Part shown: one piece after another, positions 1-10,890 of the stretch
How positions within the stretch are numbered: position 1 is the stretch's first letter
Layout: every line of letters begins with the position of its first letter
Source of the DNA: Chiloscyllium plagiosum
Taxonomy: Eukaryota
DNA: 64,000 nt
Assembly: GCF_004010195.1 (NCBI RefSeq)
Contig: NC_057751.1
Coordinates: 7,578,446-7,642,445 of the forward strand
Reading direction: 5' to 3'
Notes under the pieces: generated by a model
Databases searched by the model: none
Seen by the model: the letters and a program-made list of their open reading frames with translations, nothing else
Told to the model about the DNA's origin: nothing
Position numbers and translations under genes: made by a program

Positions 1-114
1 GGTAGCAACGCTCTGAAAGCTTGTATTTCCAAATAAACCTGTTGGATGATAACCTGGTGTTATGCGATTTTTAACTTTGTCCACCCCAGTCCAACACCAG
101 CACCTCCACATCAT
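1..114 (+). mobile_element. Penelope-like element terminal (pLTR) fragment, cut by the window edge
   Basis: GCTCTGAAAGCTTG...AAATAAACCTGTTGGA...CCAGTCCAACACC resembles the shark Penelope-type 3' end. Recognised from memory of the family. Confidence 0.5.
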
Positions 115-115
115 A

Positions 116-1542
116 GATGGCAGATACTGACAAGCAGACAAAGATTGGTGAGGACCTGGAGACAATCAATATCACAAAAGAGGTAATGTTGGGCAAACTA
201 ATGGAGCTAAAGGTAGACAAGTCTCCTGGCCCTGATGAAATGCATCCCAGAGTACTAAAAGAGATGGCGAAGGAAATACCAAATGCACTTGTGGAAATTT
301 TCCAAAATTCGCTGTACTCTGGGGCAGTTCCAACGGATTAGAAAACAGCAAATGTGAAGCCACTGTTTTAAAAGAGAGGTAGACAAAAGATGGGGAGTTA
401 TCGGCAGGTAGTGGGGAAAAAGCTTGAATCTACTATGAAGGAAGAAATAGCAAGCTATCTAGATTGAAATTGTCCTATTGGGCAGAAGCAGCATGGTTAA
501 TGAAGGGCATGTCATGCTTAGCTAATCTACTGGAATTCTATTAAGACGTTACAAGCATGGTGGACAATGGGGTCCCAGTGGATGTGGTGTACCTAGATTT
601 CCAAAAGACATTCCAAAAGTTCTGCACAAAAGGCTGCTGCATTAGATAAAGATGCATGACGTTACAGGGTCATGTAGTAGCATGGATAGAGGAATTGGTT
701 AACTGACTGGAAGCAAAGAGTGAGAATAAATGAATGTTTTTCTGGTTGGTGATCGGTGACTAGGGGCATGCCTCAAAGGGATCAGTGTTGGGATCACAAT
801 TATTCACAACTTATACAGATGATTTGGAGTGTAGTGTGTAGTGTAGTGTGTTAAAGTTTGCGGATGACACTAGGATGAGTAGTAGGGCAAAGTGTACAGA
901 GGACTGTGAAACTTTTCTGAGGGTCATAGATAATGTAAGTGAGTGGGCAAAGATCTGGCAGAAGCAGTACAACATGAATAAATGTGAAGTCATCCATTTT
1001 GGTAGGAATAATACTAAAAAGGACGATTATTTGAATGGTAACACATTGCAGCATGGGAACTGGGTGTCCTTGTGCATGAATCACAGAAGTTTGGTCTGCA
1101 TATGCAACAGGTAATTCAGAAGGCAAATGGAATTTTGTCCTTCACTGCTAAAGAGATTGAGGTTAAAATCAAGGAGGTTATGTTGTAGCTCTATATGGTG
1201 CTGGTGAGGCCACACCCCTGGAATACTGTGTGCAGTTTTGGTCTCCTTACTTGAGAAAGGATGTACTGGCACTAGAGGGGGTGCAGAGGAGGTTGATTCC
1301 AGAGTTGAGAGGGTTGGCTTATGAGGACAGACACTGAGTAGACTGGGATTACATTCATTGGAATTTAGAAGAATGAGGGCGAATCGCATATAAATACATA
1401 AAATAATGAATGGAATATATAAGATAGAGGTAGAGAGGATGTTTCCACTGGCAAGTGAAACTAGGACAAGAGGGCATAGCCTCAAAACTAGGGAAGTAGA
1501 GTTAGGACTGAACTGAGAAGGAAATTCTTCATCCAAAGGGTT
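116..1542 (+). mobile_element. Decayed CR1 LINE ORF2 (reverse transcriptase region)
   Basis: Peptides KVDKSPGPDEMHPRVLKE and LKFADDT...NKCEVIHFGRNN; multiple stops and frameshifts. Confidence 0.92.
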
Positions 1543-2003
1543 TTAGACAATAGACAATAGGTGCAGGAGTAGGCCATTCGGCCCTTTGAGCAAGTACCAC
1601 CATTCATTATGATCATGGCTGATCATCCACAATCAGTATCCTGTTCCTGCCTTATCCCCACAACCCTTGATTCCATTATCTCTCAAAGCTCTATCCATCT
1701 TTTTTTTTAAAACATCCAGAAACTTGGCCTCCACTGCCTTCTGGGGCAGAACATTCCGTATATCCACTACTCTCTGGGTGAAGAAATCTCTCCTCAACTC
1801 TGTTCTAAACGACTTACCTCTTATTTTTAAACTGTATCCTCTGGTTCTGGACTCACCTGTCAGCGGAAACATGTTTCCTGCCTCCAGAGTGTCCAATCCA
1901 TTAATAATTTTATGCATCTCAATCAGATCCCTCTAAATTCAAGTGTATACAAGCCCAGTCGCTCCAATCTTTCAACATATGATAGTCCCGCCATTCTGGG
2001 AAC
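1543..2003 (-). mobile_element. CR1 3' end nested antisense in the CR1 above
   Basis: Minus ORF ...TRGYSLKIRGKSFRTELRRDFFTQRVV; (CTATTGT)n tail at ~1543-1560. Confidence 0.88.
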
Positions 2004-2013
2004 TGAATTCCAG

Positions 2014-2240
2014 ATTGTGAATCTATGGAATTCCCTGCCCAGTGAAGTAGTTGAGGCTTCCTCAGTAAATGTTGTTAAATCTAAGATTGATAATTTTTTG
2101 AACATGAGAGGAATTAAGGGTAATGGAGATAATGTGAGTAAGTGGAGTTGAGGCCACAAAAAGATCAGCCCATGATCTTGTTGAATGGTATAGCAGACTT
2201 GAAGGGCCAGATGGCCTACTCCTGCTCCTTGTTCCAACAT
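2014..2240 (+). mobile_element. Continuation and 3' end of the CR1 at 116-1542
   Basis: Resumes with VNLWNSLPSEVVEA, followed by a 3' UTR ending ...ATGGCCTACTCCTGCTCC. Confidence 0.85.
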
Positions 2241-2711
2241 ATAACCAAAAAAAGAAGAACTTGGAATAATTTAACTCCCATTGGAAAACTTAACAGAATG
2301 ATAGATACAATAACTTTACTAATGAACTGTTCCAATTTAGTAACATCTCATAAAAACACCCTTGGCAAAAAGGCAAATTCCGAAAATAGATTGTCTCACA
2401 TGTAGTTCTCCAATCCAAGAGGAAAGAAAATCAGAAAACAATTCTGAGAGCGAGAGAGAGAGAGAAGCAGCCAGGAGACATTCACGATCTTCCAACCCTG
2501 CTGAGACCTCAGCAACAACCACCAAAAGCTAACTAAAATTCTTGAATCTGTGAGAGCTTGATCACACCCATTCAGTCTGCATCTATTGTTCCAATTTTAA
2601 AAAAACCCAAGATCTCACATGTTGTTTATCTTCTCCCAGACAGCTCATTCTCCAATCACTCGAAAAGAAACTGGAACAAGACACATCTCTTAAAGCCAGA
2701 GCATCATTACA
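2241..2711 (-). mobile_element. Solo-LTR-like repeat (partial)
   Basis: Clearly similar to 32500-32913 and 13960-14440. Ends ...CATTACA, which reads TG on the minus strand. Confidence 0.6.
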
Positions 2712-3164
2712 CTTTCTTCAGGCATTGATGAAAGCAGCAACATGCATTTCCACTCAATCAGTTAAGGATGTGCCCGACTAGAAAAACATGCCAATTTAGA
2801 GTAGGATTAGGCAACTCGGTCTCTTGAGTCCATTCTGCCAATCATTCAGATCATGACTGATCTGATTGCTTCACATTGCTGCAAACGGTTCATACCCTAA
2901 CCCTCTTACTGAGCAAGAGTTCAAATCTCCTTTGCCCAAAAGGATTGAGGACAACGCTAAGAACTTCAAATGCATCCTGGTAAATAGTAATCCCTCAACA
3001 CAGACAGGGGTGTCAAAGTAGGAACCCTCTGGTCTGCATGGTTTCTGGCTCCCTTTCTGAACAGAGGTACTCAGAACAGTGGATGAGTGGATGGTGTCCA
3101 CTTTCAAGTCCATTCCCCTCTCGCATCTCTCCTTTGTGGTAACAAACAGTTGCACTACACCTGG

Positions 3165-3293
3165 TGATTTACACATGAAAGAAGTGAAACTATCACCGTA
3201 TTCTAACACATGAAAGGCTTAACAGACAATCAATTTTTCAATGTATAATTTCAGTTACATCACACTGTAAATTTTTGCTATAAATTCTGTACC
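3165..3293 (+). mobile_element. Short insertion, probably a Penelope-like 3' fragment, inside a DeuSINE
   Basis: Flanked by CTACACCTGG at 3155-3164 and 3299-3308, extendable to GCA(CT)CTACACCTGG. Family call is from recall. Confidence 0.5.
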
Positions 3294-3298
3294 GCACT

Positions 3299-3555
3299 CT
3301 ACACCTGGAGGTGCTGTGGTCCACTGAAGACACATTAACCGAGGCCTCATCTGCCCTCACAGGCAGAGGTAACAGACCCTGCAGTCCCTATTGTGACAAA
3401 GGGGAAAGGGAATTCTTGCTATGTCCATGGACATAAGTGTTAACACCAGTGAGTACACATGAACCGGTCATTGTCACTTGGCACTTATAGGAGCTTGCTG
3501 TGTGCAAATTGGCTGCTATGTCTCCAGCATGACAACAGTGACTAACTTCAACCTG
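3299..3555 (+). mobile_element. DeuSINE-type SINE (Deu domain and L2-like tail)
   Basis: AACCGAGGCCTCATCTGCCCTC...GGAGCTTGCTGTGTGCAAATTGGCTGC...ACAACAGTGACTA. Confidence 0.75.
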
Positions 3556-4114
3556 AACTCCAGCGCCGGTGCGCTGCTGTGCCAAGTCCTCAACTTGGAT
3601 AATTGCATCAGTCTACCACGTCTTGGTTGTATGTGAATGGAAAACAAAAATGACAGAATTTGGCACTTCTGCTGTAAAGCCTATTTTCTGAAAGTTATGA
3701 CAGCAATCGTTTGAAGGAAAAAGCAAGATCTATTTTGCCTGTCTCAACACTGAGTTTGAGAAATCGGTGTCCTTTCACGGGAGTGGAAGTAGTGTAATTC
3801 AACCACAAGTGACTTATGACAGCCTTTAAACCGAGTCATAGGGACTGCGTAACTCATTGTCACTGGCAAGATATTCTGTTTTTTCTGACGTTGTGAATGT
3901 TCCCAGGAACCTGAGCTCAGCATTCCAATAAATTCTGACAACAGCCTGGTGATAACTTAGAGAAGGGGATCATCAGCGTTGGGTGAATGATCACTTCATC
4001 AGGGAGGTGAATATATTTTGCGATCTCCGGCCGGCACATAAGAAGTGACATTTCTTCCAGTCTGCCTGGATGTCTCAGTTACTGTGAATCAGAGCTGCAT
4101 CACACCTTGTAATC

Positions 4115-4825
4115 AAACACAGCACCAAGACATTGCGTGGCTGGTGGTGAAAACGGCACTACCTACAACACCTTCATGTAAGCCCGCTCTCTCTGTGCCA
4201 TCACATGCTGCCCTCTAAGCTGCTGTTGGGGGTGGGAGGGTAGAGACTGTTAGAAATCTCCTGCTAGAATTTGCCTTTGCAAAGGAAGTCTGGAAAAAGA
4301 TGCGGTGGTTAGTGTTGAGGTTCATCCCGAGCAGCTCCATGATGCAGGAATCTGTGCTGTACGGTCTGTTCCCCGGGACACACACCGAGACAAACATCGA
4401 CTGCGCCTCGATGAAAAATGCTCTTTGATCTGCCTAAAACTTGTTGGCCTTACAGAGCAAGGAGTTGACCTTGACCGAATGTTGCAGACTGGCACATTCC
4501 AAGGTCCGGGACCATGTGCTGAGGGACGCACTAAAGCCTGGGGCAGCTGTTGCCAAGTTACGGTGGGGAAAGACCACTGTCTGAGATCTTTTTGCCAAAG
4601 TTAAATGTGGGTCCCCTCAGTTATCAGACCTCCCATTGCTTCAAATGCATGCAGACGTAGTTTTGTGCGAGTAAGAGATGCCTTTGATTTGTTTGTTGGA
4701 TACAGTCAAACTCCAAAATTTGCTCGTTTCCTCATGTTACTGTCCAGAACCAAACTTATATGTATCTATTATATATATATATATATACATATATTATTTT
4801 TGTGAATAAACTATATTTTTGAAAT
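4115..4825 (+). mobile_element. Tx1-type L1-clade LINE: ORF2 C-terminus and 3' UTR
   Basis: Frameshifted HQDIAWLVV...ETVRNLLLEFAFAKEVWKK...SVLYGLFPGTHTETNI...CCRLAHSKVRDHVLRDALK...WGKTTV*; AATAAA near 4805. Confidence 0.8.
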
Positions 4826-5129
4826 ACAACACAATCTATCTTGATGTTGTCACCACTTAACTTTCACCTCTTCATGCATGTATTTCTATATAGCCCACAC
4901 TGACAGAACAAGAGACCAAAGATGCCTCTGATGAGAAATGATTTGGCAGCCTTCCTGTTGTCAGTTGTTATAGTCGTAACTGTCCCCTATGCTGGTCCTC
5001 AGTGCGACTTTGACGTCACTTTTTGTCAAGACCAGGTGCTTTCAATATGCTCAAAGTCAGGGCTGGACCACTTTGTCGAGTCAAATCAACGACAGCAACT
5101 CTCAACATGAAGTCCATCTGCCCAACGAA

Positions 5130-5580
5130 CATTTGATGGGGACTATGTGGTGGGAGCTTCACTCTGCATCTAACCCAGTGCTGTGGCCTTCTCTGGGAGC
5201 GTTTGATGGGGACTGTGCAAAGAAAGCTTTGCACAGTACCCACCCCTGTGCTGTACCTGTTGTAGGAGTGTTTGATGTGGAAAATGTCTCGGAAACGTGA
5301 CTGTGTATCCAACCTGACATGGAGTTGCTCTCAGGGCCATTGATAGGACAGCATCCAGGGAGCTACAGTCTGACTAACCCACATCCTGCCTCAGCTGGGG
5401 GAGTCTCGAATGCAGACAGTGTAGACTATGGATTATTTTGTCCCTTACCAAGGCTAGGTTTGCCCTGCAAGCCTCTAATAGAATTGTAACCAGGAATTCT
5501 TACTCCTGTTTCTAACCCGTGCTGTAGCTACCCCTGGGAATGTCTGACGGGAAGGAATCGAGGGTGCACTCTATACATCA
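5130..5580 (-). repeat. Degenerate ~68-bp minisatellite array
   Basis: Repeated TTTGATGGGGAC...GAGCTTYACTCTGYATCTAACCC...GTGCTGTACCT; reverse complement of the array at 44690-45690. Confidence 0.75.
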
Positions 5581-5990
5581 GGAGTGTGATGAAATGTTGT
5601 CCACTCGCTTGGATGAACCTGGTGCCAATACTCAAATACCTTGGTATGAATCAAAGATAAACGACTAGGTAAAAAAAACATGCTCTCCAGCACCACCATA
5701 ATGATGCAGCAGTGTGCTTCGCCTACATGATGCACTGTCGTCAAAGCTCCTTCAACAGCACCTTCCAAATCTGCAAGCTGTACCACCTAGAGAGACAGGG
5801 ACAGCCACTTGCCATCCTGCCTTGCAACTATATTGCCATTCCTACGTCATTGCTTACTCCCTTCCTCGCAGAACCAGATGAACTGCAGCAGTTCAAGAGG
5901 ACTGCTCTACGCCGTTTTCCTCAGGGCTTTTAAGGTTTGGGAACAAATGCTGGGTCTTCCAAGTACATCCACACCCCGTGAATGAAAGCA
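5581..5990 (+). mobile_element. Old LINE 3' end (CR1/L2 group) whose tail is shared with SINE family B
   Basis: ...CAGCACCTTCCAAA...CTGCAGCAGTTCAAG...GGGAACAAATGCTGG...CACACCCCGTGAATGAA; a similar tail ends the SINEs at ~51330-51385 and ~62165-62225. Confidence 0.6.
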
Positions 5991-6227
5991 TGGATAATAA
6001 ACTGATATAAGGCAATATACCTCTGATAATTGTACTTTGAGCCAAGGAAATTTCTTAAGACATTGAAGGAAATTGAGTGGAGTTCATTCATGCCAGTCAG
6101 AAGGAGAAGCACTGGTCCTGGGGTTGAATCAAGTGCCATTAGCTGAGGGTTACATTTTCACCTTTACTGTCAGTAACATCAAAGCAAGTGGGAACTGCGG
6201 ATGTACAAGGGCAGACTGGGAGTACAG

Positions 6228-6470
6228 GAGCGACACTATCAGTAGGGCGGTGCCAGTCTTGGGTAAAATACAGACAATAAACTGTGGGGAAACAGGAGAT
6301 CATGCAAAACACCTGGATTTAAATGTGAAAATTGGGTATGAAGGGGTTAAATCATGTGCAAGAGTGACACGATCAGCAGGTTTGGTGCCAACCTTCGGTA
6401 TAATACAGGCAATGTTTGTGTGGGGAAACAGGAGACCATGTAAAAGACCTGGATTAAAGTGTGAAAACTG
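6228..6470. repeat. Diverged tandem duplication, period ~135 bp
   Basis: 6228-6334 vs 6362-6470 share GAGYGACAC..ATCAG..GGTGCCA..GGTA.AATACAG..TGGGGAAACAGGAGAYCATG..ACCTGGATT..TGTGAAAA.TG. Confidence 0.8.
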
Positions 6471-6544
6471 AAACATGTAACGTTGAATAGTTTATATAAA
6501 GTTTAGGGGTTGTCTGTTAATGCTGCAGAGTTGGTTTCTCATTT

Positions 6545-6915
6545 CAGAGTGATATTGAGGTTTATAAAATCATGAGGGACACAGTTAAGGTGAATGACAA
6601 AGGACTTTTCCGTAGGGTGGGGGTGTTCAAAACTAAGGGTCAGATTTTAACAGGTGAGAGGAGAAAGATTTAAAAAGGACATGAGGGGCAATTTGTTTAT
6701 CCAGAGATTGGTTCATGTGTGGAATGAACGGCCAGGGAAAGTGGTGGATGTGGGTACGATCACAACATTTAAAAGACATTTGGCTAAGTACATGAATAAG
6801 AAATGTTTGGGGGGAAATGGGCCAAGCACAGGCAGGTGGCTCTAGTTCAGTTTGGAACACGTTTGGTGTGTATTGTTTGGACTGAAGGGGATGTTTCCAT
6901 GCTGTATGACTCTCT
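6545..6915 (+). mobile_element. CR1 3' fragment
   Basis: RGERFKKDMRGNLFIQRLVHVWNE...FKRHL followed by 3' UTR. Confidence 0.88.
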
Positions 6916-7959
6916 GACCCAACAAGAAGACAACCTCGCTTTGTAAACAAAATATATCATGGTCTGTCCCAGATCCGAGTCTCCTGATAACACGTTGATT
7001 GAAGGTAAAAGATCAGGGTGAGGAAGGGGACTGTTCCTCGAATGAGTCACACCTAAAATAGCAATCACCAGCCTGAGGGTCAACCCAAAAATCCCTGGAC
7101 TTGGTGTATTGACTCTCGACCTTCATTCATTGAGAATGGAGGTCAGACATGGAGGGGCGAAGAGCCCCTTCCTGAATTCCCACTGACTACACTCGGAGTA
7201 ATGCAAATCAGATAAAGCTGATTTTGTCTCTGGCCAATGCATGTTCAATTTGTAGCTTCCAATGCTGCCACTGTAACAAGCAATTCACGGAACATCTTTC
7301 CATTTGTTTACAGATTTTATGCCAAATAAATCAATTATCGCTTCCTAGTTTGTCTTGTTTCAAGCCATCTGGCCATTATCACAATGCTCTTTGCTGCATT
7401 CGATTCCACATCCACATTTCCTATTATGCCATCGTGACTACACTTTAAAAGTACTTCCAGGGCGATAAAGCCCTTCAGGGGTTTCTTCAAGATGGTGAAA
7501 GGAGGAAAATACATGCATGGTGTTTTTCTTTTATTGTCATGTCCCACCGTTTCTCTTTTTCTTGTCCTTGCAACGCTCTGTTAGTGTTGACAGCCGACAT
7601 GTGGCTGAGGAAGTTGGAAGGAATGCATTTTCATCCACAGTGTTAGGGTTTGCACTTTCACTAGAGGACCTGTTCTGCCACTGTGCATGCTGGTCTGGAA
7701 CTCCCTTCACTGTCAGTGAGACCATGGGCCAGTCCATGAACATCTGCGATTATAGGGCCAAAGGGAGTCAATAGTCACCTCAGATCCTTGGGATCCCTGT
7801 GCTCCATCAGGGTTGGTGCAGCTGACCGGGAGTGCTTCCAAGTAACAGTGGCAGCATTAACTTCTATCATCACATCGAGAATATACAACTCTCCCCTTCC
7901 ACTCCACCCAGCAGGAAATGATACATTTCCCAAGAAGTGGACTCCAACCGTTAACCTGG

Positions 7960-8200
7960 AGGAGAGAATTCCAGACATTCACTCCCCTCTGGGTCAAGAA
8001 ATTCCTTCACGTCTCAGTTTGAAACGAATGCCCCCTTATTCTGTAACTATGTCCCCTAGATCGAGACTCCCCCAGAAGTGGAACAATCTTCTCAACGCCT
8101 ACCCTGTCAAGCCTCCTCAGAATCTTGTATATTTCAATGAGGTCGCTGTCATTCTTCTGAACTCGAATAAATAAAAACCAAACCCGTTTAGCTGTTCTCA
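7960..8200 (-). mobile_element. CR1 3' fragment
   Basis: DLIEIYKILRRLDRVGVEKIVPLLGESRSRGHSYRIRG. Confidence 0.8.
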
Positions 8201-8202
8201 AT

Positions 8203-8789
8203 ATTTCAAGATGGCACAGTGGACTTGGGTTGTGGGGCCCGGAGCTCGTCCACCTCTGTCTGCTTTCGTCTTCTTTTTTTTTGTTTTCTTTTCTTTCTTT
8301 TTACTTTTGAGTTTTGCTTTCCTTTTTTTTTTAAAAAAAGAGTCTTTTACCTTTTAGCCTCGGTAGCAGCAGTAGTGGCGAGAGCAGGTCCTGCGGGGAG
8401 TGGGGATTAAGACAGCGGCACGTGGCCTGGGAGTGGCAAGGCCAAGTAAATGATCAATGGTGGCAGTGGTGATTCTTTGTTCCAGAGGCAGTGGTGTAGC
8501 AAAGCACAGTTGCAGCAATGTTATTAGTTTAGCAGCAGGGACTTGAGGATCGGGGTGGAGGAACCTGGATCCAGACCCATAGCTGATCCAAAAGCATGAG
8601 CGGTTCCAAAGACCACCTAACTTTATTGAGATTCAACTGCAAGATCAACTTCATGGCTTTGTTTCTCTGGTTTCATATCCTGTGCTCAGGTTTTGTTTTG
8701 TGTTTTAAGATGACACTGGAGAGTGGCAGTACTAAACAACACTTTTCACTGTATTTGTCATCAGTACACATGACAATAAGTCAAATCAA
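8203..8789 (+). mobile_element. Putative non-autonomous retroelement (YY1-like head, Rex1-like tail)
   Basis: Starts TCAAGATGGC (8206-8215); ends ACTTTTCACTGTA...GTACACATGACAATAAGTCAAATCAA, like the tail at 27158-27248. Confidence 0.5.
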
Positions 8790-9302
8790 GAAGGAAGGAT
8801 GTCGTTAAACTGGAAAGAGTACACAAGAAATTTACAAGGAGGTTGCCAGGACTCAATGGTCAGAGTTATCGGGAGGGGTTGGACAAGCTGGGAATGTTTT
8901 CGTTAGAGAATGAGCGGGGAGCTGAGAGAAGTGTTTAAGATCATGAGAGGCACAGACAGGGTGAATGCACTCAGTCTTTTTCCCAGGGTTGGGGAATCGA
9001 GGACTCGGGGTGGGGGGGGGGGGTGATCCAGTTAAGGTGAGAGGGGAAAGGATAAAAGGGAACCTGAGGGGCATCTGTTTTACACAGAGAGGGCTACGCA
9101 TGTGGAATGAGCTGCCAGCAGAAGTGGTTGAGGTGGGTACATGTACAACACTGAAAAGGCATTTGGATAAATCCATGGATAGGAAAGGTTTAGAAGGATA
9201 TGGGCCAAGTGCCGGGAAATGAGGTTAGCGAGGATGGACATAATGGTGGATGTGGACCAGATTGGGCTAAGGGGCCTGTCTCCATGCTGTAATACTTTAT
9301 GA
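8790..9302 (+). mobile_element. CR1 3' fragment
   Basis: KVRGERIKGNLRG...WNELPAEVVEVGT...KRHLD and 3' UTR. Confidence 0.88.
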
Positions 9303-10136
9303 TCCCATCCTAGGATTCAGCCAACTGAATCTGTTTTGAATTGCCACCAAAGCCAGAATATCCTGACTTAAATACAAGGACTAAAACTGAACACGTTACT
9401 CAGGGTGCACCTTCACCAACAACCTGCACCGTTGTAATGAGACATCCCTATTTTTAAACTGCAAGTCCCTTGGCTTGACAGCCAAAATGGTGCATGCCTT
9501 TGAAATTCCTTGTTGCTCCTGTACGTTGACTTCTCTTACTTCAGGACACTCACATTCTTCTATGCTGAATTTATTTTTCTTTAAGAAGACAGAATCTCTC
9601 TCCATTACAGGAGGAGTCTGTCTACTGAGCCAAGGGGTCAACCTCGCACTTTCCTTCACTGAACTCAATCTGCTAGGATTCTGTCCACTCCCCCAACTCA
9701 CTCACTCACTCAATCTATCTCTGTCTACTTGTGGATTCTGAAGACATTGTGTATTGTCTGGATTGTGTTCATTCTCAAAGATGTAATTGCGTGGTCCTGT
9801 GATGGTATCCTGGGCAATTATTAGCTGTTCAGTGCTTCATTATTTATTCATGTGAATCTTTATTTTGCATTATTAATGCTAATTACTCTGACTAGTTAAA
9901 CACTGCTGTAGGAAGCTGGGAAAAGCTGTTCATGTGGCATCACAGCCTATGTTTGATGCCACTTCATCCGCCAAGGTAAATTCATATTCTTTTCTTTATT
10001 GTCTTTTTACAGACTGAGCATGAAGGGACAGAATATGATTGTGCCCTGAGGCTGGTCCCTGGGCTGAACACACTGAGCAAGGAGGCAAACGCACAATATG
10101 TTTGAGGTGTGCACCTGGAGCAAAGTGTGCAGCTTA

Positions 10137-10459
10137 GGGGCAGCATGGTGGCTCAGTGGTTAGCACTGCTGCCTCACAGCTCCTCAGACCCGGGTTCGAT
10201 TCCAGTCTCAAGCTACTGTCTTTGTGGAGTTTACATGTTCTCCCCGTATCTGCGTGGGTTTCCTCCCAGAGTCCGAAGATGTGCTGGTTAGGTGGATTGG
10301 CTATGCTGAATTACCTATCGTGTGCAGGCTAGGTGGGTTAGCCATGAGAAGCGCATGGTTACAGGGATAGGGTCGGGCATGTTCTGGGTAAGATGCTCTT
10401 TGGAGGGTTGGTGTGAACTATATGGGCCGAATGGCCTGCATCGGCACTGTGGAGATTCT
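10137..10459 (+). mobile_element. HE1/V-SINE-type tRNA-derived SINE
   Basis: A box TGGCTCAGTGG, B box GGTTCGATTCC, V core GTGGAGTTT.CATGTTCTCCCCG, CR1-like tail GGGCCGAATGGCCT. Confidence 0.9.
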
Positions 10460-10699
10460 CGCCTGCACTTTTGAGGAAGGAAAGAAGCAAGAGGGGACAC
10501 CAAAGAGAATCAAAAGATGAAGTGGAGATGTCACCCAGGGCACTCATTTTAAGTTAGTCTCCGAATGGGGCACAGGTAAAGTGCATCCCATGCCAAGGCC
10601 AACTTTGAATTCTGCTGCTAGGAAGCAACAACAATCTCGTGCAGAGTGGTTAAAACCCTGGACAGTCTCGGGGAGTGAAGGGAGAAATTCCTCAGGTGA

Positions 10700-10890
10700 A
10701 CGGCCTTGCCTGAATTTGAAGAGGGAGGTTTTGAGGAGCGTCTCCAAGGGGGGAGGGCGTGACACGGAAGCAGGGAGGTTTGGGCAAGGAACCTGAAAGA
10801 GAGGGCTCTGGGCCAGGGCAGCTGCAGGGCACGGCTGTCAACGGTGGAGCAATTAAAATGAAGGATGGGCAAGAGGCCAACACTGGCGAT
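10700..10890 (-). mobile_element. L2 LINE ORF2 C-terminal fragment
   Basis: Minus strand gives a decayed RAFSxxGPxLWNSLP-type segment and LETLLKTSLF. Confidence 0.65.

Noticed and set aside
6073..6471. NCGETGDH as a CCHC zinc knuckle
   Set aside because: First and last Cys absent, and the frame is not kept in the second repeat unit.
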